Source of the DNA: Acidobacteriota bacterium
Lineage (GTDB): Bacteria > Acidobacteriota > UBA6911 > RPQK01 > JAJDTT01
Length of the DNA: 64,000 nucleotides
Direction: 5' to 3'
NCBI GenBank assembly: GCA_965263035.1
Contig: OZ253580.1
Span: forward strand, 4,832,001-4,896,000
Below, one piece after another: positions 1 to 8,842 of this stretch. Position numbers and translations under genes: made by a program. The notes under the pieces were generated by a model. The model worked only from the letters and a program-made list of their open reading frames with translations, did no database searches and had not been told where the DNA came from. Position 1 is the stretch's first letter. Each line of letters begins with the position of its first letter.

Positions 1-165
1 CCACCCTCACCCATCCTCCAAAAGCCGACATCAACTCATCTCCGAAGGCGGCAGTCGATGGTGGTCTTTGGCCGGGCCGGATAATACTGTGGCCGATGGC
101 GATCTCAGACCTTGTGCCGAGTAGGCGACCGGACCCCAAACCTCAAGGAATGGAAAGGAGAGAAA

Positions 166-1239
166 ATGCGACAGGAGAAGTGTTCGGCCTCCCAGCGAGT
201 GTGTATGGTTCCCATTTTGGCCATTGTTCTCTGCCAATTGGGAGTCGGCGCCCCAGCTGGGAAGAGTGTCTACGATGACCTCAGGCGTGGCCGCAGTCTC
301 ACATCCGAAGAGGCCGTCGCGCTTGAAGAGAAACTGGAAAAGGATTTGCATGACGTGACTTCACGGACCCAGCTCCTCGGTTATTACGGCGGGAGTCGGT
401 CTTTCCGCGATGAGTCGGCCAAGGCCGCAAAACGCAAGCATGTGCTGTGGTTCATCCGAAACGCACCGGGATCCGAGGTTTTGGGTAAGCCCGAGGCACG
501 GATCGACCACGTTCTGGACTCCGAGGGCTATGCAGAGGCCAAGAAAGCCTGGATGAGTCAGATCGACCGTGAACCTGAAAACGCGGCTTTGTTGGGAAAC
601 GCGTCAGGTTTCTTCATGTTCGGCGACCGAAGAACCGCGATCAAATTGCTCCAAAGGGCCCAAACCATCGATCCGTCCAACCCGCAATGGCCCGAGAATC
701 TGGGGCGCATATTCAGCATGGGAGCCCGGGGACCGGGTGAGGACGATATGGGGCTCTCTGAGAAGGCGCTCGAGCAGCTTGAAAAGGCGTATGAGCTTGG
801 GGATGAAACTCGTAAGGACGCACTCCTGGAGAGCTTGGCGAAGGCTGCATTTTCGGCGGATCGGCTTGACAAGGCCAGGCAGTATGCGGACCTCATGCTG
901 CAAAATACCGAAGCGGGGTGGAACTATGGGAACCGTGTCCACCACGGCAACCTCGTTCTGGGTCGAATCGCCTTGCGCGAAGGCAACGTCGAGGAGGCCA
1001 AATCTCGCCTGATTACGGCCGGCAACACACCAGGATCCCCCCAGCTCAATTCATTCGGACCGAATATGGCGCTCGCGAAAGCACTCCTTGAGATCGGTGA
1101 ACGGGAAGTCGTTCTGGAGTATTTTGAGCTTTGTTCAAAGTTCTGGAACACGGACCGAGCGAGGGACAAATTGGACAAATGGGGCGTTCTCGCGGCAGCA
1201 GGGAGGATACCCGATTTTCGCGCGAATCTTGTTTACTGA
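166..1239 (+). CDS. Exported TPR-like helical repeat protein
   Basis: ORF 112..1239. AAGGAG RBS precedes ATG at 166. Hydrophobic N-terminus and TPR-like helices (LLQRAQTIDPSNPQWPENLG, LGRIALREGNVEEAK). Confidence 0.75.
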   Translation: MRQEKCSASQRVCMVPILAIVLCQLGVGAPAGKSVYDDLRRGRSLTSEEAVALEEKLEKDLHDVTSRTQLLGYYGGSRSFRDESAKAAKRKHVLWFIRNAPGSEVLGKPEARIDHVLDSEGYAEAKKAWMSQIDREPENAALLGNASGFFMFGDRRTAIKLLQRAQTIDPSNPQWPENLGRIFSMGARGPGEDDMGLSEKALEQLEKAYELGDETRKDALLESLAKAAFSADRLDKARQYADLMLQNTEAGWNYGNRVHHGNLVLGRIALREGNVEEAKSRLITAGNTPGSPQLNSFGPNMALAKALLEIGEREVVLEYFELCSKFWNTDRARDKLDKWGVLAAAGRIPDFRANLVY

Positions 1240-1419
1240 TTTCGGGATTGCGGCGGTCAGCCGCCGGCCGGATTGATGGCTGCTGTGTTCTCCGCACTGC
1301 CTGCCTTATCATCTCATCGAAGACCACTTCCCCTGGTCCTCTGGGGGTGAGACCGTGACCGGAGCGCCGTCCACGGCCGGATGCCCCGACGAATTCGCGA
1401 CGGTCCTCATTTCGATGCC

Positions 1420-2569
1420 ATGGCGAAGCCGCTTCTCTGGTTCTGGACTTTTCTATCGATGGCCGTGACCGGACCGGCCGCGGGACAGGAGAGCTTGGTT
1501 GAGAGGCAGTTGCAGAACGCCTCGGAGGCGGAGGCCAGGGGCGATTGGCCAGCCGCCGAGAAAGCCTACAGCAGCGTCTTGGAACTGCAGCCGGAACGGA
1601 CCGACATCATGGTCCGGTTGGGGCTGGTCTACCAATACCAGGGCAGGTTGGACCCGGCCGTCGACGCGGTCCGAAGTGCCCTGACCCTAAACTCCGATCT
1701 CCCCGACGCCCACTTCTATCTGGGGCTCGCCTACTTCGGCCTCCACCGGTACCCGGAGGCCGCAGGTGCCCTTCAGGAGGCGATTTCCCGGGACCCGGAA
1801 AACGTCAAGGCTCAGGTCTATCTGGGGGTCTGCTTCCTGGCGCTGGGACGGCTGGATGAGAGCATCGGACATCTGGAGGCGTTGACCCGCAGCCATCCTC
1901 GGGAGTTGGAAGCCTTGCAGACGCTGGGCCAGGCTTATCTGACGAAAGGCAGCGATGACGGCTTCAACCGGACCATCGCCCGGATCGACGAGGTCGAACC
2001 CAATTCCTTCCGGTCCCATCAGCTCCAGGCCGAGTTTTTCGCCGCCCGGGGACACCTGAACGAGGCTGCGCAGGCGTACGAGCAAGCGGTCGCCCGGAAC
2101 CCGGACGCGCCCGGAGTCAACTTCGCCCTGGGGGACATCTACTTCGGTCTGGGGCAATACGACAAGGCAGAGTCGGCGCTGCGGAAGGAACTGGAAATCG
2201 ACCCGCATCACCCCATCGTCAACCTGGAGTTGGGCATCATCAAGAACTCCCGGCAGCAGTTCGACCAGGCCATTCGGCACCTGGAAAGGGCGTTACGGGT
2301 GGATGGCGGGCTCCCGGACGCCCACATGGCTCTGGCCTCGGCTTACGTGGCCAAGGGCCGACTGCCGGCCGCCGAAGGTGCCCTCCGGCGGGCCATCGCG
2401 CTGGCTCCCGGAGATCCGCAACCCCTACTACCAGTTGGCCCAGGTCTACCGGAAGCTGGGCAGGATGGACGAAGCACGCGCGTCGCTGGAACGGTTTCAG
2501 AAGTTGGAAGCAGGGAGCCGCCAAGAGCGGCAGCGCGCCGCGGAAGGTCTCCTGCAGAAAAAACCGTGA
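1420..2569 (+). CDS. TPR protein with a single-base frameshift near the 3' end
   Basis: About 9 TPRs up to ALAPGDPQP. The TPR pattern continues in another frame (PYYQLAQVYRKLGRMDEARASLERF, stop 2569). There is one extra C in CAACCCCTACTAC at ~2422-2425. Confidence 0.8.
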
Positions 2570-2845
2570 GGCCCGGCCTGATTGACATTCGTCGAAATGG
2601 GATCGGCGGCGGATGATCTCCCTGAAGAATTATACCTTTTAACTCGATCTTGCCCTCCCACGGCACGGACTCGTCGGGACGCCAGGGTACTCCTTTCGGC
2701 CTCGATCCGTTCCGCCGCTTCTGGTACAGTTTGCGAACAAACGTTCACGTTCCTTATGCTCCGTTCGTTTTGTTTCCAATAACATTTCTGGTGAGAATTC
2801 CGGGCTGAAGGTTGGAGCGAATCTTTACTTCAAAGGAGGTATCCG

Positions 2846-3718
2846 ATGCGAAGAAAGCAAGTCGTGTGTGGCTTAGTCGTTGTTGTCCTGATGGGCGGTG
2901 CCAGCCCTCAGGTGATGGCCCAGATTTTCCCCTGGTGGTCTTTTGACAACAGCGTTTTTGAGGAGATCCAGGACCGTGGGACGATCAGAGTCGGTCTGGG
3001 CCTGTTCGAGCCTTGGTCGCTCTGCAATGCCGACGGCGAGCTGATCGGCTTTGAGATCGATGTCGCGAACAAATTGGCCGAGGATATGAGGGTAGAGGTT
3101 AAATTTGAGCGGGCGAACTGGAAATACATCATCACATCCCTGCTCGAGGAGGATTTTGACGCCATCATCAGTGGTATGACGATACTTCCAAGCCGTAATC
3201 TCAGGGTCAATTTCACGTCACCGTACAACTTGACTGGCGTCTATCTGGTGGCGAATACGGCGGAAACCACCGACTTGGAGACGCTGGAAGATTTCAACAG
3301 CTCCGATGTCACGATTGGGACCCGGAGCGGAGCTTCGTCCATCCCCGCGATCGAGAATGTTTTTCCTAGTGCCATGATCGAGCTCTTTGATACCGACAAC
3401 GACGTCCTCGAGGCCGTGGTTGCCGGTGATGTCGATGCTGCGGCAGCGTTCGCGTCGACGGGGGCCACATGGGTTGAAGCCAACCCGGACACCCTGCACC
3501 AGCCCTCCGAGGAGCCGTTTGCCTTGGAACCGCTGGCGATGGCCGTGCGGAAAGGCGATCTCGACATCTTAAATTTCCTCAATGGCTGGATTACGGTCAA
3601 CGAGTCGAATGGCTGGCTCGAACAGCGCCGCCAATATTGGTTCGAGGGTAGCGAGTGGGAGGATCAGAGGGCTACCGATCCGGACACCATCGCCGCGTGC
3701 GATCAATCCTTTCTGTAG
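2846..3718 (+). CDS. Amino-acid ABC transporter substrate-binding protein (family 3)
   Basis: AAAGGAGG RBS, signal peptide, motifs GFEIDVA, FDAIISGMTI, FTSPY, AVRKGD. Confidence 0.9.
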   Translation: MRRKQVVCGLVVVVLMGGASPQVMAQIFPWWSFDNSVFEEIQDRGTIRVGLGLFEPWSLCNADGELIGFEIDVANKLAEDMRVEVKFERANWKYIITSLLEEDFDAIISGMTILPSRNLRVNFTSPYNLTGVYLVANTAETTDLETLEDFNSSDVTIGTRSGASSIPAIENVFPSAMIELFDTDNDVLEAVVAGDVDAAAAFASTGATWVEANPDTLHQPSEEPFALEPLAMAVRKGDLDILNFLNGWITVNESNGWLEQRRQYWFEGSEWEDQRATDPDTIAACDQSFL

Positions 3719-3799
3719 CCGGCTTGGGGTGGAAAGTATGGGCGGCCTAATGGGTGAATGCGGGAATCGACGGTGTCGATGGCTCGACAATGAGTGCAT

Positions 3800-3966
3800 C
3801 TAGGAGTCTGCGCGGTAGAAATGATCGTAGCGAGAAAGTGGGGAATCGAGGCCAGATTTTCTCGATTTGGAGGTGCATAGTTGTTCTATTCGCCGAGAAA
3901 TCGAGGAAATATGGACCGATTCTACCGCTTTCGCAGTAGATCAATTTCTGCGGCGCAGGCTCCTAG
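3800..3966. mobile_element. MITE family A, copy 1 (167 bp including both CTAG)
   Basis: Ends CTAGGAGTCTGCGC ... GCGCAGGCTCCTAG form an imperfect inverted repeat. A near-identical copy is at 27694-27860. No credible ORF. Confidence 0.85.
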
Positions 3967-4092
3967 GGCAAGCCTGTAGTTCAGTCCGCCACCCGGTTGA
4001 GACCTTTCAGGTTGTTCATGTTTCGGGCGAGCGGCGGCTTTCCGGCCGCCGCTCCCTACGAATGTCGGGGACAAGAATGTCCCCGCTCCTGC

Positions 4093-4611
4093 TCATTTGG
4101 ATTCTTCGTATCTTCGTAGAACAGCCAGAGCACGAAGCCGGCTCGGGCGACGTGGGTTCGGGTCGCGGGAACATGGAATCGCACGTAACCATGCGATGTA
4201 ATCCTTTGGCAGACCGTGTTGTTCGGCTCCGTATAGAACCAGTTTGTGATACCAGCAATAGGGTACGAGAGAGTCGTCGATCCAGCCTTCCTCCGCCACA
4301 TATAAAAAAATCTTCGTCTCAACACCATCCACCGGGACAGTCATCTCGCACTTCTGGTACCCGTAGCCGACTCCTTCATGGCGGTCGAGTTGGCGAATCT
4401 GGCCATCGTTGATATCAAAAAGGACTCCGTGGACCACTTCCTGGTCGGATTCGGTCTTGACGACGTTGCATTTGCCGGAGCCGTCGCCACTGCCCTTGTG
4501 GAAACGTAGCCGATACTTGCGCAAGGAAAGGCGCGTAGGGTTTCTCGCGGAGGACACACGATCCGTGAGCCGTTCCGTAAGCATGTTGGATCCGTATGCG
4601 AAATACTTCAT
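4093..4611 (-). CDS. Gamma-glutamylcyclotransferase family protein
   Basis: MKYFAYGSNM start motif, V.GVL, LDRHEG. GGAGGA RBS before ATG at 4611. Confidence 0.88.
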   Translation of the reverse strand: MKYFAYGSNMLTERLTDRVSSARNPTRLSLRKYRLRFHKGSGDGSGKCNVVKTESDQEVVHGVLFDINDGQIRQLDRHEGVGYGYQKCEMTVPVDGVETKIFLYVAEEGWIDDSLVPYCWYHKLVLYGAEQHGLPKDYIAWLRAIPCSRDPNPRRPSRLRALAVLRRYEESK

Positions 4612-4646
4612 CGCCTGTATTCCTCCATAACAGACAGAAACCGAAG

Positions 4647-4668
4647 GGGCACCCCTTGTGGGTGCCCT
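4647..4668. repeat. REP-like palindrome GGGCACCC-CTTGT-GGGTGCCC
   Basis: Perfect 8-bp stem between divergent genes. Resembles GTAG-family REP hairpins. Single copy in this window. Confidence 0.45.
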
Positions 4669-4751
4669 CCTTGACAATACACCGACCCACCCGGCCATCG
4701 CCGCGCCCGCGTTGAACCCGGACCCGGTGCCCCGTAGAATAATCGGCAACG

Positions 4752-6395
4752 ATGCATATTCACCAATCCCGATTCCTGCCGTCCCTCGCCGCATTTGCCC
4801 TGCTCTCCCTGCTGCCTCTCGCTGCGGCGGCCAAGGAGAAGAACGACCGGAAGGATGACGGGCAGGTGCAGGCCGAGGAGTCCCAGGACTACTTCCGAAA
4901 ATGGCTCAACGAGGACGTGATCTACATCATCACCGAAGACGAGAAGGCCGTCTTCGACGGACTCACCAACGAGGCCGAAAAGGAGCAGTTCATCGAGCAG
5001 TTCTGGTATCGGCGGGACCTGGACCTCAGGACCCCCATCAACGAGTTCAAGGAAGAGCACTACCGCCGCATCGCGTATGCCAACGAGCGGTTCCACAGCG
5101 GCAAATCGGGTTGGAGATCGGACCGCGGCCGAATCTACATCATCCACGGGCCGCCTGACGAGATCGAGGACTTCGGCGGGGGTGGCCAATATGTCCGCGA
5201 GTCCTACGAAGGCGGGGGAACCACCACCGTCCACCCCTTCGAACGGTGGCGTTATCGAAAGATCGACGGGCTCGGGAGCGACATCACCCTGGAATTCGTG
5301 GACGAATCCCGCACCGGAGAGTACCGTCTTGCTCTCCATCCCGACGAAAAGGACGCCCTGATCGGCCTGCCCGGGTTGGGGCTGACCGACAGCGAAAGGT
5401 TGGGCCTGACCCAGAAGGGGCGGCGCTTGCATCCCGACGAGATGCACAACCCCTACCTCCGGGCGAACATGCGGCGCCAGGACCATCCCTTCACCCGTTT
5501 CGAGATCTTCGCCAAGACTCAGGCCGCCCGGCCCATCAAGTACAACGACCTCCGGGATCTGGTCAAAGTCACGGTGAACTACACCAATCTCCCGTTCCAG
5601 GTTCGGAGCGACTACTTCAGGTTGAACCAGGACAAGGTACTGATTCCCGTCACCGTGGAGTTGCAGAACCGGGACATGACCTTCAAGCAGAAAGGCGCCT
5701 CCCACTACGCCCAGATCGGCCTCTACGGCGCCGTCACCAGCATGGGAAAGAAGTTCATCCAGGAATTCGATCAGGACATGACCGTGGCCTACCCGGACAG
5801 ATGGATCGAGTTGGGGCGGCAGAGCCGGTCCCTCTACCAGAAGGTGCTGCTGTTGGACAACAACACGCGCTACAAGCTGGACTTGATCGTCAAGGACCTC
5901 AACAGCGACAACGTGGGCGCCGTCAGGCACGCTCTGATACCACCCCCTTCCGTGAAAGAGTCCCAGAAACTGAGCGCCAGCTCCCTGGTTCTTTCCGACC
6001 ACATGCGGGAACTGGAGGAGCTGCCGGAAGGCGACGAGATGTTCGTCTTCGGAGACGTCAAGCTCCGGCCCAGCATCACCCGGAAGTTCACCCGGAAAGT
6101 CCCCCTGGGAATCTACCTGCACCTGTACAACTTCAAGGTGGATCAGACCTCCAACGCTCCCTTGCTGGAGGTCTCCTACCGGATCCGAAACGGGACCGGC
6201 CAACTGGTCAAGGATGTCACCGACAGCGCCGGTGAATCGATCCGGTTCCTTTCCAAAGAAAGAGTCGTCCTGACCAAGAAACTGGACTTGAGCGATCTGG
6301 AACCCGGAACCTATCTGGCCCAGGTCGAGGCCCGGGATTCCTCCAGCGACGAGCGGGTGCAACTGGAGGACCGGTTTCGAGTCGTGGGGAACTGA
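4752..6395 (+). CDS. GWxTD domain-containing protein
   Basis: KWLNEDVIYII, FIEQFW.RRD, EEHYRRIAYANERF, GWRSDRGRIYI..GPPD. Signal peptide. Confidence 0.92.
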   Translation: MHIHQSRFLPSLAAFALLSLLPLAAAAKEKNDRKDDGQVQAEESQDYFRKWLNEDVIYIITEDEKAVFDGLTNEAEKEQFIEQFWYRRDLDLRTPINEFKEEHYRRIAYANERFHSGKSGWRSDRGRIYIIHGPPDEIEDFGGGGQYVRESYEGGGTTTVHPFERWRYRKIDGLGSDITLEFVDESRTGEYRLALHPDEKDALIGLPGLGLTDSERLGLTQKGRRLHPDEMHNPYLRANMRRQDHPFTRFEIFAKTQAARPIKYNDLRDLVKVTVNYTNLPFQVRSDYFRLNQDKVLIPVTVELQNRDMTFKQKGASHYAQIGLYGAVTSMGKKFIQEFDQDMTVAYPDRWIELGRQSRSLYQKVLLLDNNTRYKLDLIVKDLNSDNVGAVRHALIPPPSVKESQKLSASSLVLSDHMRELEELPEGDEMFVFGDVKLRPSITRKFTRKVPLGIYLHLYNFKVDQTSNAPLLEVSYRIRNGTGQLVKDVTDSAGESIRFLSKERVVLTKKLDLSDLEPGTYLAQVEARDSSSDERVQLEDRFRVVGN

Positions 6396-6454
6396 CCCGC
6401 CGATCTCCGATGGTCAAATGGGAGTCCGGCGGGTGAAGACTGTCGCTCCCAATC

Positions 6455-6472
6455 GGCGACAAGAAAGTCGCC
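6455..6472 (+). repeat. REP-like palindrome GGCGRC-AAGAAA-GYCGCC
   Basis: One of 9 copies in the window. Lies 4 nt upstream of the intron 5' end. Confidence 0.85.
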
Positions 6473-6476
6473 GCTC

Positions 6477-7106
6477 GTGCGCCCGACATGGGCTGTATCT
6501 AAGGGATGAAAGATCCCAAGGGAGGTGATGGGACCAACCCTAGCCGAACCGCAAGGCGTAGCCGCGAGGTGAAGCTGAAGGAAGCGGAAGGCAAACCCAC
6601 GACCGCAGGAACACGAACCGGCAGCGAGGCCGGGTGCGGGCGGTGAGCTGGCGAGCAACAGCGAAACCCGAACCCCATCCAGACGTACCAGGTAGAGCCG
6701 GGCGGCCCGGGGGGAAAGATGCAGCACCTTACTCGGGGAGATCTCAAGGGTGAGAGCCTTTGAGAAGTCAGCAGAGGTCATAGTAGCGAAGAAGCCGGAT
6801 AATGCCGGTGGAGCGAAGGACCGAAGGAGTCGGACTGGCCCTATGGTGGACTCGTCAGCGGGATCGCAACTACCTCCGAAAACGGGCCGTGGGGAGGCCC
6901 CTCGGACCCGGCACGGAAGGCCCAAGGGTGGAACCCGTCAAGCCGGAAGGGCGGAGATCAAGTCCCAGCGGCGGCGAAAACCGGAAAGAAAGGCCCTGTA
7001 CGAGGCTCGAAAGAGCCTCGGGTGACTCCAACCGCCGGATACTGAAAACGGTACGTCCGGTGGTGTGGGAGGGTGCGGGGGCGCAATCCCCTGCACTCGA
7101 CCCGAT
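6477..7106 (+). ncRNA. Group II intron, class IIC-like, lacking the reverse transcriptase ORF
   Basis: 5' end GTGCGCCCGACATGGG. D2/D3 motif GAGAAGTCAGCAGAGGTCATAGTAG...GAAGGACCGAA. Domain V ACCGCCGGATAC..GTACGTCCGGTGGT (7031-7064, CGC triad). Domain VI stem with bulged A, ending CCCGAT. Only ~200 nt in domain IV. Confidence 0.9.
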
Positions 7107-7111
7107 CATAG

Positions 7112-8797
7112 TCATTGCAGAGTGAGGAGAGAGAAGGGGAGGGGCGTCGGCTGAAACACGGGATCGTTGTCCCGCCACGGTTGCCGGCAGGCTTCTCTGC
7201 GCTGGTACCGGGTGAGGTTTTCCTGTAGCAGCGTGGCCAGCATGGAGCGTTGGGCCCGGGACACTTCGGTGATCATCATCCTCTGCACCTGGACGGCCCG
7301 ATCGAACAGGCCCAGCTCGGCGTAGACCATGGCCAGCGTCTCCACCTGCTCGAAATCGGGGGTCTTCACTCGTTCGAACACCTTCTGCAGGAGCCGCAGG
7401 GCCTGCTGCCCGTTGCGGATGGCGGCGTCGGGACAGGCCGCCAGCAGGCGAGCCATAGCGTGGGCCAGATCGGTGTCGTCGGGCAGAGCCGTCAGGCCCG
7501 CTTCCAACCGCGACCGGGCCTCCTTCCATCTCTGGGTCCTCACCAGGGCCATGGCGCCCATGAAGTGGGCGAAGGCATTGCCGGGGTCCAGCTCGATGAC
7601 CCTGCCGTAGTGCGGGATCGCCTCGTCGACGAGTTCCCGGCGCATCAGCAGGTTGGCCAACTGGAAATGGGCTTCGGTGAAGTTGGGATCCGTTTCGATC
7701 GCTTGGCGGCAGTGCTCCAGGGCCTGTTCCTCACGACCTATCTGGATCAGTCCCATGGACAGGTTCAGATGGATCCGGGACTTGGAGGCGGTATGAGGCA
7801 GGGCGGCCTCGAATTGCTGGACGGCCTCCTCCACGCGGCCCATCTGCGCCAGGGCCGTGCCCAGGTCCACGAGGGCGAGGGCGTCGTTGGGATCCTGGGA
7901 AACCATCTCGCGAAAGATCCGCACGGCCTCCTCGTGTTGTCCGGAGTCCAGTAGACGGTTGGCCTGCTCGCGCTGCCGCCAGCGTCCCGTCTTCACTCTC
8001 AGCAGTTCTTTCAGCAGAGGATCGGGATAGTTCACGGCGCCGTCCCCCTGCTTGCCCAGATGCAGCCGTGCCTTGTCCACCTGTCTCAACTGGCGGTAGG
8101 CCATGGCCAGCCGGTAGTGGAGGCTGCTGGCCTGAGGCTGGCGCCGAAGAGCCTCCTCGTAGTGTTCAACGGCCTTCGCGTAGTCGCGTCCGGCGGCCGC
8201 GATTTCGCCGAGACCCGCCATCGCGGCCGCGGATTCAGGGTCAAGCTTCAGCGCCTGCTGGAAATGTTCCGCTGCCTCCTCCGTCCGGCCCTGCTCCAAC
8301 TCGATCCGGGCCAGGCCCAGCACCGCCGCCAGGTCGTTGGGGCGCAGGGTCAGGACGTGCGCGTACTGGGCGCCGGCCCGTTCCAGGTCTCCTCTTGCCC
8401 GATAGCCGAGAGCCAGGTAGTAGGACCAGCGGTAATCTCGGGGCGCCAGCCGCAGGGCGTTCCGATAACAGGACTCGGACGCATCCAGGAGGTCGTAGGT
8501 CTGAAGCATCTGGCCCATTTGGCCGTAAGCCCGGGCCCGCTGCTCCGGGTCGGCCCCGGGGCGCCGGATCATTTGCTCCAGGTCGACCCGGGCGCGCTCC
8601 AGTTGCTCCCGCACGTTCGCGTCCATGGCGCTCAGGTTGGGGAAGGGAATCGGCTCCAGTTCGGAACCTGTGGCCTGGGCTGGCGGTGGTTCTGCCGGGG
8701 GCGCTTCCGGGGCAGCGGTCAGACGACCTTGGAAAAGGACGGACAGCGCCACCATGGTGATCAAAACCAGCCGCCGTGCCGCCGACCTTCGTTCCAT
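7112..8797 (-). CDS. Exported TPR protein
   Basis: Signal peptide and many TPRs. C-terminal LARLLAACPD..IRNG..AL motif. Confidence 0.88.
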   Translation of the reverse strand: MERRSAARRLVLITMVALSVLFQGRLTAAPEAPPAEPPPAQATGSELEPIPFPNLSAMDANVREQLERARVDLEQMIRRPGADPEQRARAYGQMGQMLQTYDLLDASESCYRNALRLAPRDYRWSYYLALGYRARGDLERAGAQYAHVLTLRPNDLAAVLGLARIELEQGRTEEAAEHFQQALKLDPESAAAMAGLGEIAAAGRDYAKAVEHYEEALRRQPQASSLHYRLAMAYRQLRQVDKARLHLGKQGDGAVNYPDPLLKELLRVKTGRWRQREQANRLLDSGQHEEAVRIFREMVSQDPNDALALVDLGTALAQMGRVEEAVQQFEAALPHTASKSRIHLNLSMGLIQIGREEQALEHCRQAIETDPNFTEAHFQLANLLMRRELVDEAIPHYGRVIELDPGNAFAHFMGAMALVRTQRWKEARSRLEAGLTALPDDTDLAHAMARLLAACPDAAIRNGQQALRLLQKVFERVKTPDFEQVETLAMVYAELGLFDRAVQVQRMMITEVSRAQRSMLATLLQENLTRYQRREACRQPWRDNDPVFQPTPLPFSLLTLQ

Positions 8798-8842
8798 GGA
8801 GTTATCGACCGTTCTACTTGTGGCCGGAGAGTCGCCTACCCG

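Noticed and set aside
4608-6362. Long antisense ORFs (also 8882-10834, 30807-32543, 38846-40540, 62470-63741)
   Set aside because: Shadow frames opposite well-supported genes, expected in high-GC DNA.
6750-7125. Short ORFs within the intron as a possible maturase
   Set aside because: No RT motifs (no YADD). At most a remnant of the N-terminus of the intron-encoded protein.
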